Shown: positions 47,104 through 59,460 of the stretch, one piece after another
Numbering within the stretch: the stretch's first letter is position 1
How the letters are laid out: each line of letters begins with the position of its first letter
From: the human T2T-CHM13v2.0 reference genome, Homo sapiens
Length of the DNA stretch: 64,000 nucleotides
NCBI RefSeq assembly: GCF_009914755.1
Contig: NC_060927.1
Reading direction: 5' to 3' (one strand)
Program-made: the position numbers and the translations under genes
Notes under the pieces: model-generated
Databases searched by the model: none
Seen by the model: only the letters and a program-made list of their open reading frames with translations
What the model was told of the DNA's origin: nothing

Positions 47104-47619
47104 CTAATCCTGCTTTTCCAGATTAGAGTTCTTGTTTCAAGAGGGAAGTAGAGGCCTGGCAACTGGAGGAAGCTTTCAAGATGTTTCTTTTTTGAGTTTC
47201 CTTTGTAGCCCAAGGTTCATGGGGCGTCTTACCCTTCCTCAGCCATGACCGCCCTGGTTAGGAACCTGCTTCTTATTTGGAGATGCTTTCTGCTCCTGCT
47301 GGGAGCTGGGAGTGAGTGTCACGGAGGGCTTCTCCCTGTGCCAGGCTCTGACACTGATGGGACTGAGATTTAACACCTTGCCTTGAGTCCTCCTGTCACT
47401 CACTTTGACTTCCCCATGGATGCTCATCCCTCCACCTTCTCTTCCTCCAAGATAAGAGGTCTTGTGGGGGTGGGGCCTGCTTGGGCTACTTTCCTCTAAT
47501 TCTTAAGTTACAGTTAGGGCATTACTTCGAAATTATGAATTTAAATGGGTTATATGATTTATTCATTGCCTTTAAGGATAAAAGAATATTACAAAATATT
47601 TGTTTTCTATTTTTAAATT

Positions 47620-48875
47620 TTTTTAAATTATAAATTCAGGGGGTACATGTGCAGGTTTGTTACACTAGTGTACTGAATAATGCTGGAGTTTGAGCTTCCA
47701 TTGAACCCATCACTCAAATAGTGAACATCGTACCCAATAGGTAGTTTTTCAACCCTTTTCTCCCTCCCTTCCTCCCTCCCTCTGTCTCCCCTTTTGGAGT
47801 TCCCGGTGTCCATTGCTCCCATCTTTATGTCCAAGTGTACTCATTGTTTAGCTCCCACTTATAAGTGAGAATATACAGTATTTGATTTTCTGTTTCTGTA
47901 TTAATTCACTTAGGATAATGGTCTCAGGTTGCTTCCATATTGCTGCAAAGGACATGATTTCATTCTTTTTTACGGTTGCATAGTATTCCAGAGTGTATAT
48001 ATACCATATTTTATGCTTTCTTGCTTTCTTCCTTTCTTCCTTCTCTCTTTTCTTCCTTCCTTTCTTTCTTTCTCTCTCTTTCTTTCTCTCTTTCTTTCTT
48101 TCTCTCTCTCTTTCTTTCTTTCTTGTCTCTCCCACTGTCATCCAGCCTGATGTGATCATAGGTCACTACAGCCTTGACATCTTGGGCTCAAGTCATCCTC
48201 CCACCCCAGTCTGCCAAGTAGCTGGAACTACAGGAATACAACATCATGCCCAGCTAATTTTTAATTTTTTTATACAGACAGGGGGTCTCACTATGTTGCC
48301 CAGGCTGGTCCTGAACTCCTGACCTCAAGCCCTTCTCCTGCCTCAGATATTTTCTTTATCCAAGCTACCATTGATGGACACTTAAGTTGATTCCCTGAAT
48401 GCTATTGCGAATAGTGCTGCAATAAACATTCAAGTACAGATGTCTTACTGATAAAATGATTTACTTTCCTTTGGGTAGATACCCAGTAGTGAGATTGCTG
48501 GATCGTGTGGTAGTTCTATTTTTAGTTCTTTGAGAAATCTCCATACTGTTTTCCACAGGGGCTAAACGAACTTACATTCCCACCAACAGTGTATAAGTGT
48601 TCCCTTTTCACCATATTCTCACCAACATCTGTTATTTTTTTACCTTTTCATAATAGCCATTCTGACTGATGTGAGATGATATCTCATTGTGTTTTTTAAT
48701 TGGCATTTTTCTGATGTTAGTGGAGCATTTTTTCATGCTTATTGGCCACTTGTATGTCTTCTCTTGAGAAGTATCTGTTCATGTCCTTTGCCTACTTTTT
48801 AATGAGGTTATTTTTTCCTTGTTGATTTGTTTAAGTTCCTTATAGGTTCTGGATATTAGTCCTTCATTGAATGCA
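47620..48875 (-). mobile_element. Old primate L1 3' portion (L1PA15/16-like), interrupted by an Alu
   Basis: 'ttcagggggtacatgtgcaggtttgttac..aatagtgaacat.gtacccaataggtagtttttcaaccc' followed by antisense ORF2 C-terminus. Confidence 0.85.
48015..48345 (-). mobile_element. AluJ (truncated) with (TTTC/TC)n expanded tail
   Basis: Pyrimidine microsatellite 48015-48125 followed by antisense AluJ arms. Confidence 0.8.
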
Positions 48876-48922
48876 TTTTTTTTAAAAAAGAGGGAATAAA
48901 ACGGAAGACCTATCTTGATAGT

Positions 48923-49435
48923 TGTTGTGCTGAACCCCTATTAACCTTAATAGAGAAGGCAACAGATTCTAGAGGCCAATGAAGAGACCCAGATCCAGCA
49001 AACAAGACATAGGGTTTTATTAATACTAGGGGCTTACATACAAAGCAGAGAGTCCAGTGGCGGTGGGTTAGGCAAGATATCCACCTTCCTACAGTCCAAG
49101 GGCCATGGGCTGGACAAAATAACCTCATGGCCCAGTGGTGATGGACTGGGCAGGAAAACTGCAACCACCTACAGACATCATGCAGTTGATATCACCTTTC
49201 CACTTAACGCTCTCCCCTAATGACCTCTGCCTGATAGCCCTCATTTAATCCAAAACTCAGAGCCTCAATGCCCTGTATGGCCCATGTTCTACAGGATGTG
49301 TCAGGGACTCAGATGTTCCTCATAGACAAGGAGCGAGTCTCTGAGTTGGCCACTCCCGGATTCAGGTGCATCTGCCATACAGGGTCATTCTAAGGGTATG
49401 CTTAAATTATTGCTGTCTGATGTATTTATCCTACA
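48923..49435 (-). mobile_element. Solo LTR47-like LTR (copy 2)
   Basis: Homologous to 32906-33352, with extra internal 'cagtgg..gggctgg' repeat units. Confidence 0.75.
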
Positions 49436-49469
49436 ATAAGACGAGGTCTAAAGCAAATATGAAACTCCT

Positions 49470-49855
49470 GTCCTCCACTGTCCTGTACTTCCTGACCTGG
49501 GTGGCCATGCAGTGAGATCTAAGCAAGGTAGAGGGATCTGAGAAAGCCTTGTTTTCTCTTGATAAAGCATGCCATATGTGGCTTACCTGCCTTTTCCCCT
49601 CTTGTCACCTGGACTGCTGATGTATGGCTGGCATGCAGCTTGTGACCATGGTGGGAGGAGCCTAAGGGTGAAGGCAACATCACAAGATGGCAGATGGAAA
49701 GAGAAAGCACCTGCGTGCCCATGTGACATCTTGGGCCTGAACCAAGACAAAGAACCATCTACTTCTGGATATTTGATGATGTCAAAGGGAAATTGTTTAA
49801 GCTATTGTAAATTGGGTTTTCTGCTATGAGCTTCTGAACACATATCTAACAGATA
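49470..49855 (+). mobile_element. Old MaLR LTR fragment (MLT1J/K-like)
   Basis: 'cttgtgaccatg..gatggcagatggaaaga..ctacttctgga..tgtttaagc..gggttttctg'. Confidence 0.5.
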
Positions 49856-50799
49856 ATTTACTAATCTTTTGCCTACACTGAATCACCTGCAATTGACACC
49901 CCAAAGATTTTGCAGCATCCTGAATCAGTAGTGATGTGAGGATCACTACTCTAGAAAACTCTGGAAATAATTCCTCCAGTGTGCACTACTAAGCTTGGTG
50001 GAACTGCCCATATTATCTCCAAAACATTCTGTTCTGAATGCTTATTCAACTTTATGAATAAATCACGATCTGGTGATTATTGCACTTTGACACCTCTTTA
50101 GGTGCCTTCTTAGGAAGAGAGTTGGACAGTACTTATATGGCACAGAATCCTAAATTGCTAAGCCCAAAACTTTCTATAGAACACCATGTCACCAGTGTTC
50201 TTTTGTCAGGCAGGCACCAGTGACACAGAGGAAATAAAAGAAAATCTATTAACTCTGTTACTATGACCACTTCAAGCTAATTATTTAAGTGAAGTAGTTT
50301 TGCCTTAATTATGGAACATTTTTCAATTAAATTGATGTGACTATCCATAACTTTTGTTCAAGGAGCACTTCATATTCAGACATCTCTAATCAGCACAAAG
50401 CTCTTCAACAAATACTTAATCCAGTTAAATGGAAGTGAAAACCATAATGCGTGACATTCCTCCTGCTAAGGGGAATCTCTGGCTATTATGTCTGTGCGAG
50501 ATGAGGGTTTAGAAATAAAGAGCAGCTTCACTATCTACTTAGAGTATTTTGAGGAGTATGGAAATGGCACCCAAATCATATTTGTTCTTCAAAACCCAAA
50601 AAAATCCTTGAAAGCATCCTTGTACCAAAATATAAAATAATAGACATTATAGTACAGTTGATTTAGTCTCTACACAGCTAGCAGAGAACACAATAAGGAC
50701 TTTAAGAGACAATTTGCCACAGCACATGGAATTTATTTTATCCAGAAAATAGGTCACATGCTATCGTTTTATGGAAAAAGATTAGTTGGAGCTCCGCAA

Positions 50800-51270
50800 C
50801 TGCTTTTTCATTCAGTGCCTGACTTGCATCAGGCCATGTGCTGGGCATTGGGCCTACATCAATAGCAGGAGAGACACTGCTGCCACTATCCCAGACTTGA
50901 CAGTCCAGGGGTGGGGATGGATGATCAAAAAAGAAAGAGCAAGGGTTGGTGCGGGGAAGATCAAGATGAGCCCTGGGGACAGACAGGTTAAGAGTTTAGA
51001 CTTTATTTTAAGGACAAAGAGAAATCACTAGAAGCTTTGGACAGCAGTCTTGGTGTCATGTTTGCATGATAAAACTGTCTCTCTGGTTGCAGAGTGAAAA
51101 CTGGGTGAAGAACAAGCAAGACTGAAAGCCTGGAATGCAGTCAACAGGAGAAAAGGGCAAACAGGAGTGGGAAAGGTACAGAGGTAGGGGCGGTGGGGAG
51201 GAGAGAATGAGCTGTCTTGGGAGATGGTTAGGAAGCAGGCTGGAAAGGATTTGGTAAATTACTGGACATT
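50800..51270. mobile_element. L2 fragment
   Basis: 'caggccatgtgctgggcattgg', 'taagagtttagactttattttaag..gaaatcactagaag'. Confidence 0.55.
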
Positions 51271-51629
51271 GGCTTAGAATGATTATGATTCACTGGGTCT
51301 GAGTTGGTGCCCAGGAAGCCCACTATCTTTAGGAAATATGAGTCAAGAGTTCTTGGAGAACATAGCATTTTCCCCATCTTCATTTCATGACTGAGAACTG
51401 GAGAGCTAAAGCTGGTGAATGGCGCTGCCTAGGTCACTTAGCCTGAAAACATGGCTCCTCTCTTGGCACTTTGCTTGTTTCTATTTGGGTTTTCTCCTGG
51501 CTCTCTTCCCCCTCCAGTAAACCACTGAGCAAAGTAGAGTGATAGATTTGTCATACGGGGTACTAGATTGACAGCCTTTGAAGGAAACCTCACAGGGCCT
51601 CTGTGCTAGAAGGGGTTAACATTTGAGGG

Positions 51630-51810
51630 TCTGCCCTCAGGTCAGGTTCTGGGCTAGATGCTATATACTCTCTCATTTAATGGAGTATTATCATTCTTCT
51701 ATTCTGATGAGAAAAACTGAGATTCAGAGAGGTTAAGTAATCTTTCTAAAGTCACATGGTTAGTAGTTTATGGGGTCCAAATTCAGATCTACCTGGTTCT
51801 GAAGGACATG
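51630..51810 (-). mobile_element. MIR
   Basis: 'gatgagaaaaactgagattcagagaggttaagtaa'. Confidence 0.75.
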
Positions 51811-52632
51811 CACTGTCTTATCCTGTTGCCTGGCGTCTTCTCTGAGCAACAGTCATAGTGATGGTGTGAATAACGTGGCTATTTCTTTTTTTTCTGTTTT
51901 GTTTTGTTTTGTTTTTTCTATCTTAAAACTACAAGATGGCATGTGACAGCCCAGTTCAACAAAATTCCCATCTTAAGTCTATGACTTGTGATCTCTCCCT
52001 ATTGACGAGCACGTCAATTAACACATCTGGGGAAATTTAATACTCTAGTCAGTCCTTGGCTGGCACTGTAGATCTGACCTTGACACCCGCACAAAGTATG
52101 GAGGGCTTCTCCACGGGCAGAGGCAAATGAAATCCAGCTGCCTGTGACTTCAACCCCGGGCCAGATGTGTTAAATGGTAAGTTTCCTGCCCAACATCTCT
52201 TTTCCACTAACCAATTTTGTTTTAAAATGCAGGCTGCAACCCATTAGCAATCCTGAATTTATTAGTAATTTACATTTAGTGGATCATGACAGCCTTTTAA
52301 AATATGGAATAGAATATTCTAGAATAGAACAGAAGAGAAAATATCAGAATGTATCCCATTTGGTAAAGGGTGTTATTTTGTGAAACTTACATTTTAGTTA
52401 TGATTGTCTATGATGATAAAAATATATATCTTTTACACTGGGTTGTGGTCAAAAAAATTGAACGCTGCAGCTTTGGAGGGCTCTCTCATCCTTCCTCTAT
52501 GGTTCCTGAAAGAGAAGCTCCCTCTGCCTATGGGAGAAAGTTAACTTGCCAACGAAGAAATGGGAAGAGAAAGATGTGGAAGGTGGAGTCGTCAGACAGG
52601 AAAATAGCGCACAATAAAGGGAGATATTCTGG

Positions 52633-52674
52633 TCAACAAGGCATCCAAGGCCATCAACAAGGCATCCAAGGCCA
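52633..52674. repeat. Perfect 21-bp tandem duplication
   Basis: tcaacaaggcatccaaggcca x2. Confidence 0.95.
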
Positions 52675-54239
52675 GTGTGCTCATAGAGACCCTACCATGT
52701 ACAGTCAATTATTTAGCTGTATCAAATTTACTGTTGTCCCACATCTCAGGGATGCTTTATGGATACTGCCTTGTGGGTATTCAACTTGTGCTCTCTGGAG
52801 ACTCAACAGTTCAGTTTTCTGAACGCCGCAACATGAAAAAAAAAAAAGTGTGTGTGTGTGGCTTTTTCAACTTTTCATTATGGAAAAATGTTAAATATAC
52901 ACAAAAGTCATCAGGACAGTTTAATTAAACCCCATGTAGCATCACCCAGCTTCAGCAATTACCAGGTCATGGCCAATCTGGTTTCGTTCATACATGACCC
53001 ACTGCCCCAGATATTGTATCATTTTATCCATAAATAGTTCAGTGTGTACTCACAGAGGTAGTTTTTGAACATTTACCTCTCCTAGGGTCCCCCAAATCTC
53101 AGCATGGGAGCAATTCCTCACACGCTGCAGCTGAAGAGAACTATATTCCCTGAGACTCTAACCTTTGGCCCAAACACAAGAATGGGCCATCAGGACCCAT
53201 ACAAAGCAGATTAGATGGCTTATGTTCCCACCTAACCAAAGACCCCAAAGAGGGAATCTGATCATATGTCCCAAGACATCCTCCAAAGGGGAAAAAAAGA
53301 GGGGAGCAAGGGCTTTGATGAAAAGAAGTGGAGCGGGGCAGACATAAGTGAAGAACTTGCTGTCACCATGGCCAGCCACCACCCGGAGACTGCCAGGTCC
53401 AATGCTGCCAACTCACAAGTGAAGCAACTAAGGCCAGGGAGATAAAGTGATTTGAAGTAAAGGCCAAGGACAGCTGTTGATCCTCGGTCATTTCTCATTC
53501 AATGTTAGGAGAGGGCGAGCCATTGGAGGGGTGGCCTGCTCCGCAGGAAGGAAAACAGGGTTCACCTTGGTGCCAACTGCAACCACGGAATATCTTCTAA
53601 ATTGACATTCTGGATCTTCATTTTTCCTGAGTCAAATCTCTTTACCTTTAACTGCCTGCAAATCAATTCCATTTTTAAAGGAAGTACATACTCAAAATCT
53701 TTCTTAGCCTATCTCCTCCAAACAACTGATTCCTTTATTTTCACTTTCTTGGCTCTGCCCTGCCTCAGGGTCAACTCCAAACTCCCCAGCCAGGCCTTCC
53801 ACAGGCTTTCCTGTTCTGGAGCCTCCATCCCACTTATCTCCACACAAAGCCTTCATTTTGCCATATCAGTTTTCTCCCTGTCACCTGATGCCCCTGGCTG
53901 CTTCCCCCTCCCTGTCCCCAGGCCCTGAAAGGATGCTCTCCCTCATGTAGGACACCTTCCTCCCTCCTCTTGCCCCTACCTTCTCCATCCTTCTTGGCCT
54001 CCCTCAGCTCTCTAAGTTTTGGGAAGCCTTGTGTTCCCACTCATGCATGCCTTTCTCTCTCCCCTTATCTGGGTACCTGTAGTATTTCAAATCTGTTTCA
54101 TTCACACTGGTGCTTTTTAATATTGCCTTCTAACTATCTTACCTGGGTTCAGCTAGTTGCCTCATCCGGCCTCTATTCTTTTCGAGGTTAATATCCAAGT
54201 CTTATTTGTGAATTAAATAGAGGCAACTTGTCAGTCAAG

Positions 54240-54440
54240 GGAGCAGGGCACTGTGGAATGGGCTCTGGAATCAGTGCTCCCTGGTTTAGAAGCCCAGTTC
54301 CACTGCTCATTAGCCTCGCAACTGTGAACAGGTTAACTGGCCTTTCTGAGCTTCATTCGCCTTCTGTAACGTGGAGAGAACAGTATCTACCTAGCAGGGT
54401 AAATACAAAAATCTCTGCCTACCCAGATGATGTATAGAAT
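54240..54440 (+). mobile_element. MIR
   Basis: 'gggctctggaatcag..cccagttccactgctcattagc..ctttctgagcttca'. Confidence 0.6.
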
Positions 54441-55411
54441 CTATAGGTATGTCTTAGGAAGCTATTGCATAGTGCCACACCACTGTAGAGGCAAAAGCAC
54501 AGATTTAATTCCATCATTGTTACTTTCTCTGGCATATGACCAGGATAAAATTGTGCCATATGCCAAGCCCATGTAAGTTTAAGTCAAACACTGTTAATAT
54601 GAAAGTATATGATACATCTATTATTAGCAGTGATCATTACAGATTCATTAGGAAGCGCAGAGAGCATTTAGGGAGACGTACTAGTCCGAGGTAATTAACT
54701 CTAGCTTCTGCAACAGACAAACCTGAATGCTCAGTGGTTTAACCCAATACAAGTTTGTTGTGGTTGCTGATCATGAGTCAGGAGGCTGACCTCCACCTTG
54801 TAACTATGAATGTGGAAAATGTGACTCTAATGCCACAGCAGCAGAAGAGAGGCATTAAGATTGAAAGTGGCACATCTCTTCTGCCACCCGTGAACTGCAA
54901 GAAAGGCTGGGAAACAGAGGGAGCACATGGACATTTGGTGTGCACTAACTATTACTACCAAAGGCACAGGCTCTGCAGACAGTGAGAAGGCCAGGTCCCA
55001 ATTCTCTTTGATTGTGGTGATACTGTTTCTATTAGGTATCATCTGGGATGAAAATTCAAATTGCACTGCCAGGCCTGAGAAAAGCCTGTTCTAGAGAGCT
55101 CAGCCTGCTGCCGCTCCCTTGGGCTGGACTCCCTTATGACAGAGGTCACTTAGAAGAGGTGAGGAGGAACACAGCCCTGTGGGAACCAGCAAACTATCCA
55201 AGGATCTGGGCTTTCTCTGCCTATTCTCCCAGTTTCTGTAAACTTCCCCAAAGCTACCTTGCTCAGCTCTCCCCCACTCCCCTTGCTCTTCTCTCCTATT
55301 TCTCTTTGTATAGACATTGGATCTAGCACCTCTTGAAGCTAAGATGGCTGTGAGAGAAGAAGCTGGCTGGCTCCCCAGCTCCTAACCGATCCAAAGTCCT
55401 TAACTCTTCAA

Positions 55412-55537
55412 TGAGACTTACAGTTCTCTGATGCTGGAAACATTCTATTTCTGTGCACACATAAAAGTTGTCTTTTGACAACTATTTATGAGACACATAA
55501 AAGAATGGTCTCCAGCATCAAAGAAATGTAAGTCTCA
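55412..55537. repeat. 126-bp imperfect inverted repeat (hairpin, MITE-like)
   Basis: 61-nt arms (55412-55472 and 55477-55537) around a TTTT loop, roughly 80-85% complementary by hand alignment. Confidence 0.85.
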
Positions 55538-55898
55538 GTACGTGTGCTCACATGTATTTCCAAGAATGGCAGTAATATGCCCAGAAGAATGCGCGTTGGA
55601 TTCAGGCTCACCTTCATTCAGATTTTGACTCTGCCATTTTCTGGTTCTCAGATCTTGGCAGTACTATTTAATATGTTGGAGTGCCAGTTCATGGTACTGA
55701 TAGATCAGTTTCTATAATACCTGTTAAATATGTTTACATTGAACATTGCTCCTAGTTATTAAAGATACCATAATGTGTATAAAGTGCCTAGCACATAGTA
55801 GCCCTCTAAAATGGATAGTGATTATCATAATTATTAGACCATGTATCGAGGGCAAAATTCATATCTGACTCATCTTTTGTTCTTAGAATATTCTATAG

Positions 55899-56252
<354 letters not shown>

Positions 56253-56269
56253 TGAATTCATTCCTGTAC

Positions 56270-56540
56270 CTTTTTTTTTTTAATTGAATGCCTTCTCTGT
56301 GCCAGAGGAACTGGAGATAGAAGTGACCGGCAAAGTCCCTGCCTTCATGGAGTTACTATCTAATGGGGATAGAATAAAAAATACATGACCAAACAAAATT
56401 CCATGTAGTGATGTGATGAAGAAAACCACAGTGGGATCAGGGATAGAGAAAAAGGAGATTGCTATTTCAGATGATGTGGTCCAGGAAGACTTCATGGAGG
56501 AGGTGACATAAGAGCAGATACCTGGGAGGATAAAGGACCA
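56270..56540. mobile_element. L2 fragment
   Basis: 'aaagtccctgccttcatggagtta..gtggtccaggaagacttcatggaggaggtgacat'. Confidence 0.7.
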
Positions 56541-58231
56541 TAGACACACTGTGTTATAGATAGATAGAAATGCTATACTTGCATTCAGTGCTTGAGATCC
56601 ATGCCGTGGTAGGTTGTGATAGCTTGATCACTATCACATTGATATTTTTAGTTTTAAAGCAGTCCCTTAATTTAAAGGGCTTCCATCCTTGCTCTTATCA
56701 TTTCTCCCTTCTTAGCTCTAACTACCAAACAAAGCCATTTCCTTTCTCCTGCTTCTTTTTTCCAGCCTCTTCATTCAAATTTTATAGCTCCTCATTCCCT
56801 CTTCTGTTTCAAAACCACTTTGATCTTTTTGTCCTTTTCCTCTCTAAGTGTTCCCTGGCCCTTTTCTGCAGAAGATGCACATTTTCAGCAAAGCTCTCAT
56901 CTCCACGCCCTTTGAGACTATCACAGAACAGCTAAAAGTGCTGAGCACATTAGGGAGGGAAGAGCTGCAGACAAAGAGAAGGTCAGGGAGAGATGAGCCT
57001 ACAGAACTGCCCAGGCAGGAGTCCTGGGCCAGGTGCATGGCTCATGGGCCAGCCCAGCTCTGAAAAGGACTAAGAAACCAAGAGGCCAAATGCCAGGGGC
57101 TGGCTGAGTCTTAACAACTGCATGTTGGGATCTTAACCATGAAGCTGTTGTTCCCTCCTACTGCCCACTTCTGTCACCCCTGCTAGACCACTCTGGGTTG
57201 TGGGGGACTGTAGGGTGCATGGGCCTCAGAGGTGGCAGAGGGAAACTTCACACACACAGTGGCTTTGTCAGCTTTTCCCCACTGTGACAACCCAAAGTAG
57301 GCCCATAGACAAACTTGGGGGATATTCAGTGGAGCAGCATTTGCATCGGTCAACCGCATACCTTCATCACAATCTTTGTCACATCGTACCTGTATATTTC
57401 TTATCTAATAGTCTTCTTTAAATTGGCTCACTTTTCTTCCTTCATTTTCAGGAAAATCTTTATATCAAGTTCAAAAAAAAAAAGGAAACTAGTAATATAA
57501 TAAAACACAAATACAATGAAAACTAAATGATATCTATATTAATCTAGTTGCCTGCCAAACACTCTAAACCAAAGGTTATACTCTCTCTGTTAAAATGAAA
57601 AAAAAAAAAAAGGAAGGAAGGAAAAGAGATCACCAAGGGCTACAGAGATGTTAAAGCTGTAGTAGCAATTTTGCTTTGATTTTATCAGGATTGAAAGAGG
57701 ATTGAATAGGGAAAAACATTCTCAATACTAATTCAACATTATGAAATACTGTGTTCATGAAACACATTAACACATAGGGAAACTCAACAGTAAGTCTGGG
57801 TAGCAGATTTCCTCCTGCCACTGCCCACACCTGTGATTTCACCTGGGTTCTGGCAGTGACAGGGCCTGGCCCACCAAGTGGGCTCCTAACCCAGGTGGCC
57901 GGGAGCCCTGGAAGGGCCCTGATGACCACAAGATAGTTACAACATGTCAAGTTCTTAGTATGTTCCAAGGTCTTCACACACTATGTCTGATTTTAAGTCT
58001 CACATTAACCCTCCACAGTACATATTGTTCTTTGTGTCTCAGAAACAAAGTGGCAAAGAATCAAGGTTATGCCATGACTCAGCCTCAGGACCATCTTTCT
58101 CTCAAGTCCTTGCCCACTCCATCACACTCCACTGCCTTCCCAGCTGTGAGAGCAGAGTTCTCTGAGTTCTTTGTAAAACCATTGATTTTGCTCAGAGAAG
58201 TGGTTTTCAAACTCTTTGTGTAAACTTTTCC

Positions 58232-58733
58232 TTCAGTTATCTATTGCTGTGTAATAAACTGCCCCTAAGCAAAGTGGATTAAAGCAGCAACCATTTTATG
58301 TTGAACACAGTTCCGAGGTCCGTGGCAAGGCAACCAGGATCTGCTCGTCTCTGCCCCAGGTGATGCCTGCTGGAGACAGAATGCCCACGCTTCTTCACAT
58401 CTGCCGAGAGGGTGCAGATGGCTGGGGGCTGGCCGGAACGGTCCAGTGGAGGGTGTGGGTCAGTGCTGCAGGTCTCCTTGTCTGCTGGTTGCTTGGCTAT
58501 CTGCCACATGGCCTCTTCAGTAGAATAGAACTTCTTCTATGGCAGTGAAGGAGCCCATCAGTCAAGGAGGGCGTGGAAGGTGCCAGTCCTCTTCAAGGCT
58601 GTGCAGCATCACTTCCACCAGTCTTTGGTTAAAGCAGTCAGAGAACCAGCCCAGTTTCAAAGTCAGGGTAAATAAAAACTCTATCTCTTAATGGGTGAGT
58701 GAAAGAATTTCTGTCTATCTTTAACCTATCACA
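58232..58733 (-). mobile_element. MaLR LTR (MLT1H-like)
   Basis: 'tcagttatctattgctgtgtaataaact..ttaaagcagcaaccatttt..catcacttccacca..ttggttaaagcagtca'. Confidence 0.7.
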
Positions 58734-58944
58734 ACTTTGAAATCTTTGAGAGGCTAATCTTACACAGAATTTGTGCAAAACTGACAAAGGGTAGGGAGGC
58801 ATATTAGGGGGACGTGGGGGCCCTGGGGAAGGGACAGAGCTTTGCTCCTTCTGCTGCTCCCTTGGACTTTAGATAAAACAGAGGTCCCTAGAGAAGACAG
58901 TTTTTAAAGACTGACCTGAATAACCTCTTAGTTTTCTTTGAGGA

Positions 58945-59460
58945 GACTTTGCAGTGGCCTACAAGGCCCTGCATGATCCAGTCTCTCCCTGTCTCTCTGG
59001 TCTTGTCTAGATTCACCGTGTCACCCTCACCTTCCAGCCCACCCCACATTTGCTCTCTGAGCTCTGTTCCACTGGCCTTCTCTCTGCTCTTCAAACACAG
59101 TTTTATCACAGTCCTACCACAAGGTTGTGCCTGGGATGCTCCCACTCCCTGGAATTCACGTGCCTCAGGTCTTCGCATAACAGGATCTGTCCTGCCATTC
59201 AGATCAGGGGGCCCTCTAGACCCCAAACCATTTCCATTGCATTAACCTGCCTTATTTCCTTTATAACACTGTTATCCACAGTATATCTGATTAATGTATT
59301 GCTGATGTCTCCCTCAACTAGAAAGCAAATTCCCCAAGGGCAGGGACTGTGCCTGTCTTGTTCACTACTATCATTCCTGACACCTGGTACAGTGCCTGCC
59401 ACTTACTAGACACTCAATAAATATTCATGGAACAGCAGTGTGATTAGTTAAATGAATGAA
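58945..59460. mobile_element. L2 3' fragment
   Basis: 'gtggcctacaaggccctgcatgatc..ggcagggactgtgcctgtcttgttcact..acagtgcctg..cactcaataaatatt'. Confidence 0.8.
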
